A stretch of DNA of 64,000 nt from Patescibacteria group bacterium (GCA_038064575.1 JBBTST010000005.1:1382-65381); one strand, 5' to 3'. Numbered from the stretch's first letter, positions 39,953 to 49,356 are shown. Notes: a model not told the origin generated them from the letters alone. Numbers and translations: made by a program.

Positions 39953-40064
39953 GTTTATCAAGCAACAAAAGGCAAAAGTACGTTTCGGAAGATTTTGAAA
40001 ATTGTGGATAATATCAAGCCTTAACAAGCTATTCTAGGCTCTGTGATCGCGTTTATGCAGTTCT

Positions 40065-40138
40065 TGGCTGGGGAGCAGGGATTCGAACCCCAATAGGCAG
40101 CTCCAAAAGCTGCTGTCCTACCATTAGACGACTCCCCA
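40065..40138 (-). tRNA. tRNA-Gln(TTG)
   Basis: Anticodon arm GCAGC-TTTTGGA-GCTGC; CCA. Confidence 0.96.
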
Positions 40139-40276
40139 TCATTTCAAAACACCTTCAAATACCAAGAAGATTATATCATTTAGATGTAACTACTAATTAA
40201 TATAGGAAAACTAGCATTTTCTTCTGGTATCTATTCTAACAATTATATAGTCCGCAAACTTTGCTATAATTTTCTT

Positions 40277-40669
40277 GTGCTCACACAATACAAAATCTTT
40301 ATTTATAGCTCAAACCCTGACAAGTTGGTAAAATTTTACACAGAAGTTTTGGGTTGCCGAATTGTTAAAAAGCTCGAATATGAACTTGATTATGGCTATA
40401 CTCTTGAACTTTCACCAGGTGGTATGCAAATCTGGTTAGCCAAACACTCTAAGATTAAAGGTAAAAATAAAGACCCTTTTAGATACATACTGAATATTTA
40501 CACAGATAACATTAACTTTTATTTGAAAAAGGCAAGAAGCTATTTGGGAGTTACAGTTGTGGCAGAGCCTTTCCCCATGGGACCCATCATCCCAGGTGAA
40601 ACAAGGTGGGTATGCACACTATTGGATCCTGAAAACAATTGTATTCAACTAATGGGTAAACTTGAGTAA
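40277..40669 (+). CDS. VOC/glyoxalase family protein
   Basis: KFYTEVLG, DPENNCIQL. Confidence 0.8.
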   Translation: MLTQYKIFIYSSNPDKLVKFYTEVLGCRIVKKLEYELDYGYTLELSPGGMQIWLAKHSKIKGKNKDPFRYILNIYTDNINFYLKKARSYLGVTVVAEPFPMGPIIPGETRWVCTLLDPENNCIQLMGKLE

Positions 40670-40685
40670 TAATTATAACCCTATA

Positions 40686-40762
40686 TGGTGGGCCAGCATG
40701 GGCTCGAACCATGGACCTTCGCGATGTAAACGCGACGCTCTAACCAACTGAGCTACTAGCCC
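40686..40762 (-). tRNA. tRNA-Val(TAC)
   Basis: TCGCG-TTTACAT-CGCGA; CCA. Confidence 0.96.
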
Positions 40763-40808
40763 TCACCAATTAAGAGCAATTATAACCAAATTATTAACTT
40801 TTGAAAGT

Positions 40809-41186
40809 TCAAATCATCTCCCAAATTCCAACAACCATTCCCTCCGTATCTGTAACTCTTGCGTAATAACCCATATCTCCTACCTTCATTTTAGGCATCA
40901 GTTCTTTACCACCCGCTTTAACCACTTTTTTCAGATAATCATCAACAGACGGCACGTTTATAACCAAAACTGGATTCATTCCGCCATTGTCCTTTTCGAC
41001 CATCATTCCCCCATTTATTGCCCCTGCTTCCTTAGGCATTTGATTTTCGTCAACCTCAACCGTATGAACAATCGTGTAATTCATCTCCGGCATATCCTGA
41101 AATTTCCACCCAAAGACGCTTTCATAAAATTTTTTACTCCTTTGCTTGTCCTTTGCAGGGATTTCAAAATGTACTACTGAATTCAT
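40809..41186 (-). CDS. VOC/glyoxalase family protein
   Basis: VVHFEIPA, FYESVFGW, GAINGG, DTEG.VVGIWE. Confidence 0.92.
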   Translation of the reverse strand: MNSVVHFEIPAKDKQRSKKFYESVFGWKFQDMPEMNYTIVHTVEVDENQMPKEAGAINGGMMVEKDNGGMNPVLVINVPSVDDYLKKVVKAGGKELMPKMKVGDMGYYARVTDTEGMVVGIWEMI

Positions 41187-41264
41187 ATAGATACCTTTAA
41201 ATATATACTCACACTAGAATAGTGAATTCTTTACCAAAAGTCCATCCTAAACTTTACTTTCAAC

Positions 41265-42618
41265 TGGTGGTCTATTGTGAATGAAATTGCGAACCTTTTC
41301 ATTAAGAATCAAATGAATACGCAATTTTGTTAAACTTCTTATTTAGGTTCAACACTGTTGTTCTAACGTCCAGACCTTTCAGAGCCTGATCCACTACTTT
41401 AGCTAGCTCATTAGCATCTGTTTCTTTAAATCCCCTTCTAGTCAATTCTTGTGTTCCAATTCGTATAAATAATCTACCACCCAAAGGAGAATCAAAATTA
41501 GTAGAAATATTATTTTTTACCAATCGAGTGTATAGCTCAATACTCTCTCCCATATTATCTATAAACACATGGAACTGATGGTTATTTGAGTATTCACCGT
41601 TGTTTGCCTTTCTTACCTCATAACCTAATTCGGTAAATTTACTCGCCATGCTTCTTGAATTGCTAACAATTTGTTTTGCGTAATCTTGCCCAAACTCTTT
41701 CATTTCCAAAATTGTTATTGCTAGAGAAATTAAATGTGGCATATGTGGTGTTGAATATAAACAACCGTCTATAATGGCATTTCCTTTATCTGCTAATGCT
41801 TTATCTCTAAAGGCAATCATCCCTTTATGAGGTCCTGGTAGTGTTTTATGTGTATTTGCACATATAACATTCGCACCTTCAAGTAATGGGGCTTGAAATT
41901 GCTGACCCATTATTAAACCCATGGTGTGGCTTGCATCATAAATTATTATTACTTCATTCCCAATAGCCTCACGTAATTCTTTTAAATTGTGTGGATTAAG
42001 ATAATAAGAAACATCTAAATATATAGCTTTGGCATCTAGCTTTTTTACTAATTCTGAGGTCTTTTCTACATCAAATCTCAAATTTTTTAAATCATAGACC
42101 ACATAATCATGTTTTCTACCTACTCTTTCTAGTATACGTGCTGTTGCAAAATGCCCGCCGGCGTCTTTAGGCACAGTTAACACCATTTCGCCTGGGTTTG
42201 TGACTGACAAAATTGCAGACATCATTGCATGAACACCAGACAAAACATTCAAATTTACTGCATCTGCTGATAGCATTTCTTTAGCTGCCTCTGTTGCAAG
42301 GTGTATTAACTCCTCGACACTTTTAAATCCCAGTCCTAAGAAGTCTCCCATAGCAACTACTGCATTGGCATCTCCTCCACCAAAGTAATATCTATTTGAA
42401 ATACTGGAAGCTAGGAACATACGCGCTGTATTAGATATTCTATTTTCGTTTGCAGTTAAATGGATAAAGGAATCATTTCTGGCTACTTCGTTTGATATAC
42501 CATCTAAAACATGCTTAATTTTCATAACTAAAGTATTTTAACACTAAAAAGTTCGACTTCCCACTCTCTATCAAGGCAGAAACTACAGGATTATATTGTT
42601 AGGACAAAGCGTATTTGA
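41265..42618. mobile_element. Single-gene cassette (distal unit) of the tRNA-Phe array
   Basis: 30-bp end 41265-41294, one gene, 74-bp end 42545-42618; TGGTGG cores. Confidence 0.85.
41302..42525 (-). CDS. PLP enzyme of SHMT fold, L-threonine-transaldolase-like signature
   Basis: LTANEN, SGVHAM, GGHF, YDASH, NTHKTLPGPHKG, RIGTQELTRRG. Confidence 0.85.
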   Translation of the reverse strand: MKIKHVLDGISNEVARNDSFIHLTANENRISNTARMFLASSISNRYYFGGGDANAVVAMGDFLGLGFKSVEELIHLATEAAKEMLSADAVNLNVLSGVHAMMSAILSVTNPGEMVLTVPKDAGGHFATARILERVGRKHDYVVYDLKNLRFDVEKTSELVKKLDAKAIYLDVSYYLNPHNLKELREAIGNEVIIIYDASHTMGLIMGQQFQAPLLEGANVICANTHKTLPGPHKGMIAFRDKALADKGNAIIDGCLYSTPHMPHLISLAITILEMKEFGQDYAKQIVSNSRSMASKFTELGYEVRKANNGEYSNNHQFHVFIDNMGESIELYTRLVKNNISTNFDSPLGGRLFIRIGTQELTRRGFKETDANELAKVVDQALKGLDVRTTVLNLNKKFNKIAYSFDS

Positions 42619-42648
42619 TGGTGGTCTATTGTGAATGAAGTTGCGAAC
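42545..42648. repeat. Cassette junction (long end + TGGTGG core + short end)
   Basis: 42545-42624 matches 43471-43550 at 78/80; 42619-42648 matches 41265-41294 at 29/30. Confidence 0.95.
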
Positions 42649-43544
42649 TATTTCAGTTCTTTAACAGACTCCCACATTGAAAGCAATTTAGATACGCTAT
42701 TTTCGTAAGCATTGTTTTCCAATTTAAACTCCTCATTCAATTTCAGCTTCTCCGCTTCTGTGATATGAAGCCATTCTTCGTATCTTTCTATTCGTGAAGC
42801 ATGTCGCTCTGTATTTTTGAGAATATTTCTTTTAGATTCTATTGGGCAATTTGGATCCTCATATAAAAGTCTTTTTGTTTTCATCATGTTTTGCAAATCA
42901 AATATCATCAATCTTTGTTTGTTATCTCCCTCATTTACTACCGCTATATTATCTGGGTGAAAATCATCAAATACACCCATCTCTACTAGTGCTTTTTTAG
43001 AACCCCATATTAACCGCACCATCTGTGCCCTCAGTTCAGGGTTTTGTTCAAAATATTTATCAAATCTATTATCGTATTTCTCTTTGGAATCTTGCGATTC
43101 AATAACCTTTTCTAAAGTATCACCTTTAAATCTTTTTTGAATTGTAAAATATACCTTATTACCTTCTTTATCATTTCCTAACACCCAATGAGTAGGAATA
43201 AAATTATCTCCAAATATTAATTCAGATTGTAAAAATTGTTGAGTCGCTTGTAGTTCCTTAATATTTGTTTCCGATTGGCTCATTTCATAGGCTTTTTCGT
43301 GTTTTGTAGTCCCATCCGGTTTCAATGGGTTGAATTCCTTTATAACCCACTCTGGACCCAACTCTTTTACTATTGATTCAAAACCTCTACCAAGTTCTTG
43401 ACCAGGTGTTTGTTCAAATGGAAAATTCTCAATATTATGACTCATATAAATATTTTACATCTTTTAAAATTAAAAAGTTCGACTTCCCACTCTCTATCAA
43501 GGCAGAAACTACAGGATTATATTGTTAGGACAAAGAGGATTTGA
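42619..43544. mobile_element. Single-gene cassette (proximal unit) of the tRNA-Phe array
   Basis: Same two ends as the distal cassette, different cargo. Confidence 0.85.
42648..43445 (-). CDS. Protein-kinase-like fold protein
   Basis: LGRGFES, WVIKEF, DFHPDNI, IFDL. Confidence 0.7.
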   Translation of the reverse strand: MSHNIENFPFEQTPGQELGRGFESIVKELGPEWVIKEFNPLKPDGTTKHEKAYEMSQSETNIKELQATQQFLQSELIFGDNFIPTHWVLGNDKEGNKVYFTIQKRFKGDTLEKVIESQDSKEKYDNRFDKYFEQNPELRAQMVRLIWGSKKALVEMGVFDDFHPDNIAVVNEGDNKQRLMIFDLQNMMKTKRLLYEDPNCPIESKRNILKNTERHASRIERYEEWLHITEAEKLKLNEEFKLENNAYENSVSKLLSMWESVKELK

Positions 43545-43620
43545 TGGTGGGAAGGGCGAGAATCGAACTCGCATAGCCGGTTTTTCAGACCGGTGCAATG
43601 ACCAACTTTGCTACCTTCCC
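43545..43620 (-). tRNA. tRNA-Phe(GAA)
   Basis: CCGGT-CTGAAAA-ACCGG; CCA. Confidence 0.96.
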
Positions 43621-43674
43621 ATTTAATCAAATGGGGTTTAGGCAATAACAGCGCCTGTTTTACCCACACAATCT

Positions 43675-44724
43675 TTAGGATTCTATCAGATTTGCTTTTT
43701 CTAAGAAAGAAGTTGAAGGCTGTTTTACACTTTCATACTCTTCTACAGCACTATCAATAATAAGTTGCACAAAAAGCTCATAACTAAGCCCCGCAGCTGC
43801 AAGTTTAGAGGCCATAACACTCTTATCAAGTCCCGGATTAACATTTACTTCTATAACATAAGGCACATTATCTTTTGACAGTCTTAAATCTAGTCTAAAA
43901 TACCCGGTGATATCAAAGGTTTTTTGTGTTTTATACACTATATCCTGTATTCCCCCAAGTACAGAATCAGTTAATTCCGCAGGACAAGCTTCATCACAAT
44001 AGCTATTAGGTCCCCATTTGTGCTCAAAGTCACAAATATTCCATTTTCTGTTAGCATCAGGTATAAAAAGCCCTTCCAGAACAGGTAATATAACCAGATC
44101 TCTCCCTTTTTTGACAGTAAAAACTTCCAATTCTCTTCCCTCTATATATTCTTCTGCCAATGTTGCATCTTTATATTCTTCCTTAATTATATTTATTCTA
44201 TCTTTCAACTCATTAAAGTTCTTAACCACAGATTCTTGAGTAATACCAATACTGGAGTCAGCACTGTTTGGTTTTGTGATTAGAGGATACCTAAGACTGT
44301 ACTTCAAATAATCCTCACTGCTAATGAAGAGTTGATAGTTTGGTGTGGGGATTTTGTATTTAACCAGATAATCTTTGGTTCTTGCCTTATCTATTGTAAT
44401 AGCACCGGAAAATGAAGAAGAGCCGGTCATAGGTATACCAAGCGCTTCAATAAAAGTTGTGATGGAACAAAACGAATTAGGCAGGTCATCAAACCCCTCC
44501 AACAAGTTAAAAATAAGATCAGCTTTTAAGTTTGGCAATATATTTAGAGTTTTTCTTGTAACATTGACTAGATCTGCTTCATAACCAAGCTTCAATAAAC
44601 ACTCATACACATCTTTAGCGCATTGAAAGTTATCATCGTCCGCAAGTTTATCTAAAGGATTCCCTTTCTTTACTTCATTAATAGAGTTATATAAAACTGC
44701 AATTTTTTTTATTAAGGCAGGCAT
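43675..44724 (-). CDS. D-Ala-D-Ala ligase-like ATP-grasp protein
   Basis: DLIFNLLEG, GIPMTGS, YPLITKP...SSIGI, EEYIEGRE, FRLDLRL, IEVNVNPGL. Start taken at ATG 44724. Confidence 0.9.
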   Translation of the reverse strand: MPALIKKIAVLYNSINEVKKGNPLDKLADDDNFQCAKDVYECLLKLGYEADLVNVTRKTLNILPNLKADLIFNLLEGFDDLPNSFCSITTFIEALGIPMTGSSSFSGAITIDKARTKDYLVKYKIPTPNYQLFISSEDYLKYSLRYPLITKPNSADSSIGITQESVVKNFNELKDRINIIKEEYKDATLAEEYIEGRELEVFTVKKGRDLVILPVLEGLFIPDANRKWNICDFEHKWGPNSYCDEACPAELTDSVLGGIQDIVYKTQKTFDITGYFRLDLRLSKDNVPYVIEVNVNPGLDKSVMASKLAAAGLSYELFVQLIIDSAVEEYESVKQPSTSFLEKANLIES

Positions 44725-44813
44725 AATTATTATACTAAAAATGATAACGCACATTTATAACTAAATGCAACGTTTATCTTTTGAATTATATGTTTTAAAA
44801 TTGGTATACACTT

Positions 44814-45455
44814 ATGAAAAGTTTAAAAATAAATATTGATCTTTTTATCATGGCAATCACAATCTTTTGCATAATTCTCTATTTCTTTAGGGTTGTCATA
44901 GCTCAAAATTTTAACTATCACTTCTTAATTTGGAATTTAACCTTGGCGCTTATTCCCTACAAAGCTTCACAATACATAAAGTCAAAAGACACCGTTTTCT
45001 TTACACTCAGCTTTATAGTTTGGCTTGCCTTCTTTCCAAACGCTCCTTATCTTGTAACAGATGTTATTCATGCAGGTCTTCTTATGGACACTGTTCCAAT
45101 ATTTTATAACTACTTTATGTTGGTAAGTTATGCCTTATTGGGTCTTTTACTCTGTTTCCGCTCTATGGAACTCACTTTTAATACACTAAAGCATAAATTC
45201 ATTTTTGTTACAGCCATAAAATTTTATTTCTTTACTTATTTATTTTCCGCAATTGCTATCTTTATTGGCAGATTTATGAGGTGGAATAGTTGGGATCTTC
45301 TATTTAACTTAAGTTTTATTTACAAAGACTTTATAAATATCTTTGCTGATTCGTACCTTTTGCTTTTCTTACTCTTATCAATATCCTCAAGTATGCTCTT
45401 TTTTTATTTTTGTCAGCTTTTATACACTAAAATTACTTCCAGATATCTGAATTGA
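44814..45455 (+). CDS. DUF1361-like membrane protein
   Basis: FLIWNLTLALIP, WLAFFPNAPYLVTD, GRFMRWNSWD. Confidence 0.85.
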   Translation: MKSLKINIDLFIMAITIFCIILYFFRVVIAQNFNYHFLIWNLTLALIPYKASQYIKSKDTVFFTLSFIVWLAFFPNAPYLVTDVIHAGLLMDTVPIFYNYFMLVSYALLGLLLCFRSMELTFNTLKHKFIFVTAIKFYFFTYLFSAIAIFIGRFMRWNSWDLLFNLSFIYKDFINIFADSYLLLFLLLSISSSMLFFYFCQLLYTKITSRYLN

Positions 45456-45545
45456 CCTCTGGCGCACCGGTGGGATATGAAAATTCCTCAGGAGCAAGAG
45501 GGAGATGGGACTCGACCAAGAGTACAGTCATGGTATTATATTTAT

Positions 45546-46343
45546 GTGATCAAAAGGATATTCCAGAACATTTTTACAATTTTAGTTTTTATGACTTTAA
45601 TTACTAACTTGGTACTTGGATTTTTAATTGTTAGTAATTACAAATCTCAAACTTCTGTCAACGGTAATTCTGCTCAGGTTTCAGATTACGATTATTCAAA
45701 AATAAATTTAGTGAGAGATTCAGTAACTGAACTAATGAAAAAAACGCATTTTGAGAGGAGAAACGAATTCTTTAGAAGAAATGCTAAATATTTTAGAACT
45801 AAAAATAACATCAAAGAGTTAACTTTGGAATTTGGTTTTGACAGACCTTCATCATATGATTTTTCTAATAATTACACTTATTTGATGAGCGCCTGTTATT
45901 ACGATGAGTCACAAGACTGTGTAGGACCAGAACTGACAAATGCAGGCATTGAAGTGACACAAGACGAGAGTATAAGTACAGTAGAAATTCAAGAAATTTA
46001 TTTTGTGCAACTAAATAACAATCCAGTATATTTTGTAACCATGAAAACTGATGTAGGAATTAGATATGCATTATTTTATCCAGGAGACATTTCCAAGCCT
46101 GGATTGTCATATTATTCATATTTATCCAACTATAAGGTAATAAACTCTAGTCCGGACAACCATGAAATATTTAGTGTAGTAAAAAGTATGGATAAAGATA
46201 TGGTATTTGCACATTCCGTTAGAGATGAGGATGTCTCTGGTGTTAGGCATTCATTAAAAATAAATATAGTAGACAATAAAGTGGACGTTGAATTGGAGCG
46301 GGAGACGGGGCTCGAACCCGCAGCCTCTACCTTGGCAAGGTAG
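45546..46343 (+). CDS. Membrane-anchored hypothetical protein whose 3' end reads into antisense tRNA-Gly
   Basis: GTG at 45546 follows TGGTATTAT plus 6 nt; N-terminal TM; last residues are encoded by the tRNA antisense strand. Confidence 0.7.
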   Translation: MIKRIFQNIFTILVFMTLITNLVLGFLIVSNYKSQTSVNGNSAQVSDYDYSKINLVRDSVTELMKKTHFERRNEFFRRNAKYFRTKNNIKELTLEFGFDRPSSYDFSNNYTYLMSACYYDESQDCVGPELTNAGIEVTQDESISTVEIQEIYFVQLNNNPVYFVTMKTDVGIRYALFYPGDISKPGLSYYSYLSNYKVINSSPDNHEIFSVVKSMDKDMVFAHSVRDEDVSGVRHSLKINIVDNKVDVELERETGLEPAASTLAR

Positions 46344-46368
46344 CGCTCCACCATTGAGCTACTCCCGC
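46294..46368 (-). tRNA. tRNA-Gly(GCC)
   Basis: CTACC-TTGCCAA-GGTAG; CCA. Confidence 0.96.
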
Positions 46369-46407
46369 AATTTTTTGATTAAACTTAACCGTTTCAAAAG
46401 TACTTTC

Positions 46408-46494
46408 TGGTGGGCGAGAGAGGACTCGAACCTCCACAGATTTTACTCCATATGCACCTCAAGCATACGCGTATGCCAATTCCGCCACTCGCCC
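46408..46494 (-). tRNA. tRNA-Leu(GAG)
   Basis: TATGC-TTGAGGT-GCATA; long variable arm; A73; CCA. Confidence 0.95.
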
Positions 46495-46552
46495 ATACTG
46501 CCCAAAACTTAAGAATATTAACACAAATTCCAGGCCCTCAGGAAAAGCTTTT

Positions 46553-46640
46553 TGGTGCTGAAGGTGGGAGTTGAACCCACACCTCCTTTTGGGAGACTGC
46601 CCTCTGAAGACAGCGTGTCTGCCAATTCCACCACTTCAGC
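46553..46640 (-). tRNA. tRNA-Leu(CAG)
   Basis: CTGTC-TTCAGAG-GGCAG; long variable arm; A73; CCA. Confidence 0.93.
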
Positions 46641-46749
46641 AAAATTCAAAAGCCCTGTTATTATATCCCAGAGTCTGTTTATTCAAAAGTAATCACATGT
46701 TAGAATTGTTGGCGTCAGACAGCCCTGCACTTGCTGTTTTAACAGGCTT

Positions 46750-46824
46750 GAGTCCGTAGCTCAACGGTAGAGCAGCTCCCTCTTAAGGAGTTGGTTGAGA
46801 GTTCGAATCTCTCCGGGCTCACCA
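46750..46824 (+). tRNA. tRNA-Lys(CTT)
   Basis: GCTCC-CTCTTAA-GGAGT; CCA. Confidence 0.95.
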
Positions 46825-46866
46825 CTATAATTTCCACTTTTCCTCAAACATATTATACTTCTATAA

Positions 46867-47994
46867 ATGCTTAAAATCGGTCATCTTCTTTTTTATGCTG
46901 AAACCCTTCACGTTATATACTTAATTCTTCTCAATTCAGCCAAAACTCATTTGATGGGCATTCCTCCAAGAAAGGAAGAGGATCTTACTACCATGGCTAA
47001 AAACATACTCTTGGAAAATTTGCATTTCCCATTGGTTTATGCCGGTCAGGGCCACTTTAAGCTTATGTGGCTTGCGGATTTTGCTATGGCCTTTAATGGG
47101 CTGTTCAAAGTAATTGAGGCTGACAAGCTAAAAAGAGTCATTCAGTTTATGATTAACACCTCTTATAAACAAAATCATGTTTTTACTTCTTACTCCAACA
47201 AAGCAGGCTTTGATGCCCCATATTCAAGGGCAGACAGTCTCCCTTGGCTGTTACATTGTGTCAGCCAGCACACAACACTCACTAACACTAAAGATCTTCT
47301 CAATGCAAACAGGCAAAAACTTGAGCTCTTACTTTCAGGCTATGAAGAAACTTATTGTGACAAAGACGGACTTATAAAAGATTCTGTTGTGGGAGACTGG
47401 ATTGATACTATAAAAAGACCTTCTTCTACTTGGAATAATATTCTCGCTCTTTACACCTTTAAAATGGCAAGGCACTTAAATCTAAAGACAGCAGTAAGCT
47501 TGGAAAAGCTTGAAATTAAACTATTAGAACAGCGCTACAAAGATGGCTACTTGTTGGATTACTTTGACTCAGCATTTTCAAGCCTAGATTCAGCCGTGTT
47601 AGCTTTATATTTAGAGCTTTTTGATAAAACTGTTAGAACAAACCTTGCCCTAAAGCTTAAAAACGCTTCAAATACAACCTCAATCCCGTGCGCAATTAAG
47701 CCGGCCCTTCAAAACTATCCTAAAAGCATAACCCCCCTCGTAACTAGACTAACTTGTGATGGGTACCACTCCAAAGCTTGCTGGCCTCACCTGGGACTAA
47801 TGTACCTAAATGGTCTAAGAAGTCTTAATATTCCTTACACAAATGAACTGGACTCCATAGAAAAAGTATTTTGGAAACACAAAAACTTTGTTGAAGTTGT
47901 GTCAGATGATGGGAATTTTTTTAAAAAGATCTTAACATCCGACCACAGTTTCACAATGGCAGCAGGGCAATATCTTGAACTAATATCAGCTTAG
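46867..47994 (+). CDS. Six-hairpin (alpha/alpha)6 glycosidase-like protein
   Basis: YAGQGHFKLMWLADF, ADSLPW, DWIDT, YHSKACWPHLG. Confidence 0.65.
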   Translation: MLKIGHLLFYAETLHVIYLILLNSAKTHLMGIPPRKEEDLTTMAKNILLENLHFPLVYAGQGHFKLMWLADFAMAFNGLFKVIEADKLKRVIQFMINTSYKQNHVFTSYSNKAGFDAPYSRADSLPWLLHCVSQHTTLTNTKDLLNANRQKLELLLSGYEETYCDKDGLIKDSVVGDWIDTIKRPSSTWNNILALYTFKMARHLNLKTAVSLEKLEIKLLEQRYKDGYLLDYFDSAFSSLDSAVLALYLELFDKTVRTNLALKLKNASNTTSIPCAIKPALQNYPKSITPLVTRLTCDGYHSKACWPHLGLMYLNGLRSLNIPYTNELDSIEKVFWKHKNFVEVVSDDGNFFKKILTSDHSFTMAAGQYLELISA

Positions 47995-47997
47995 TAT

Positions 47998-49098
47998 TTA
48001 AGGCATTTTATATAACAGCCTGTACTGAGGAGTTCTTATACTAAGCGGATTGACAACTCCCAAAATATTATTAAATTTATAGCTTAACCCTGAAAACAGT
48101 TGGTCTATAAAAGAGCCCGACTTTATCTTAACAACTTTGTACTTTTGTAAATTCGCTTTTAATGCAGTTGCTGCAATAGCACTATCTAAAGTCCCAACCT
48201 CATCAATAAGCCCTGCATTTTTTGCAGCAATTCCGGAGTAAATTTTTCCCTCTGCCAATTCGGAGGCTTTCTCAAAAGGTATTTTCCTGCCCTCTGAAAC
48301 TCTGCTTAAAAACATATTGTAGGCATCATTTATCATTAAATCTATCATTTCATGTTCTTCTTTTGTCATTTCCCTGGAATCGCTTAGTATATCTTTATAT
48401 TTTCCGGCTTTAAAAGTATTCTTTTTCACGCCTACTTTTTCATATAAGCCCTCAAGGTTATAAGCTTCCATAATTACTCCAATTGAACCTGTTATTGTTG
48501 CAGGATTGGCTATTATATAGTCTCCCGCTGAGGAGATATAGTATCCCCCGGAAGCTGCTATATCACCCATCAGAACAACTATTGGAATATCCTTCTCTTT
48601 TTTAAAATCTTTAATCACTTCAAATATTCTGTCTGAAGCTACCGCTGAACCTCCGGGAGAAGAAACATAAATCAATAAAGCTTTGAAATCCTTATCTGCT
48701 CTAACAATATTAAGGAAATTTTCTACTCCAACTGGAGTGATAGCTTTTAATCCTCCAATAAAAGGTTGGTTTGCCACCTCTTCTTCCACAATTTCTCCGC
48801 TTAGTTCCAGGTAGGCTATTTTGTCTTCTCCTCCGTAGTCTCTATACACCTCCTGAGAGGAGTCTTTATAATCGGTTAAAATTTTGTCTCCGGAAACACC
48901 TATTAACCCAGTGACTATTGCAAATAACACAAGCAGATAACCTAGCACAATTGAAGCCATGCTTCCAATTCCTCTAAAAGTCCACTTTAGCATCTCAGAA
49001 ATAAGTTTTAGAATAAAAGAGAAAAATCTTTCAAAAATATCCTTCTCCTTTGGATTTTGCAGTTCATTTGAATTTAAAGGGGCAGAGTCAATTAGCAT
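47998..49098 (-). CDS. sppA: Signal peptide peptidase SppA (S49)
   Basis: SSPGGSAVAS, IAASGGYYI, TGSIGV, AGKYKD, GLIDEVG. Confidence 0.95.
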   Translation of the reverse strand: MLIDSAPLNSNELQNPKEKDIFERFFSFILKLISEMLKWTFRGIGSMASIVLGYLLVLFAIVTGLIGVSGDKILTDYKDSSQEVYRDYGGEDKIAYLELSGEIVEEEVANQPFIGGLKAITPVGVENFLNIVRADKDFKALLIYVSSPGGSAVASDRIFEVIKDFKKEKDIPIVVLMGDIAASGGYYISSAGDYIIANPATITGSIGVIMEAYNLEGLYEKVGVKKNTFKAGKYKDILSDSREMTKEEHEMIDLMINDAYNMFLSRVSEGRKIPFEKASELAEGKIYSGIAAKNAGLIDEVGTLDSAIAATALKANLQKYKVVKIKSGSFIDQLFSGLSYKFNNILGVVNPLSIRTPQYRLLYKMP

Positions 49099-49230
49099 AT
49101 ATAAGCTTGGTAATTATAACCCAAAAGATTAGACAACATAAGGAGTAGTATTTTCAAGCCCCTCATTTAGTGTTACTTATACTTTTACATAGTGTTTTTA
49201 AATGCGCACCCTCACTTCCACCTTCTCACA

Positions 49231-49306
49231 TGGTGCGCCCTAGAGGATTTGAACCCCTAACCCCTTCGTCCGAAGCGAAGTGCTCTATCCATTGAGCTAA
49301 GGGCGC
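49231..49306 (-). tRNA. tRNA-Arg(TCG)
   Basis: CTTCG-CTTCGGA-CGAAG; CCA. Confidence 0.95.
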
Positions 49307-49356
49307 ATCAAAAGCTTCAATTGCCATTTATTATACCGCATTGTACTATTTAGGCT

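Larger units (their letters stand above)
24416..40064. mobile_element. 15.6-kb serine-recombinase integrative element at the tRNA-Gln 3' end (defence cargo)
   Basis: TGGCTG core at 24416 and at tRNA-Gln 40065; recombinase near the tRNA end; accessory gene content. Confidence 0.85.

Noticed and set aside
24416-40064. Intact prophage
   Set aside because: No large terminase, portal, capsid, tail or lysis genes recognised.
40224-40260. Possible decayed cassette end between tRNA-Gln and the VOC gene (CTGGTATCTATT)
   Set aside because: Similarity to the Phe short end is too short to separate from chance.
41265-43550. CRISPR array or classical integron as explanation of the repeats
   Set aside because: Repeats are separated by whole genes, not spacers. 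No cas or IntI tyrosine recombinase and no attC consensus in the window.
46130-46759. Short ORFs at 46130, 46288 and 46571 (also 58162-58344)
   Set aside because: They are translations of tRNA genes.
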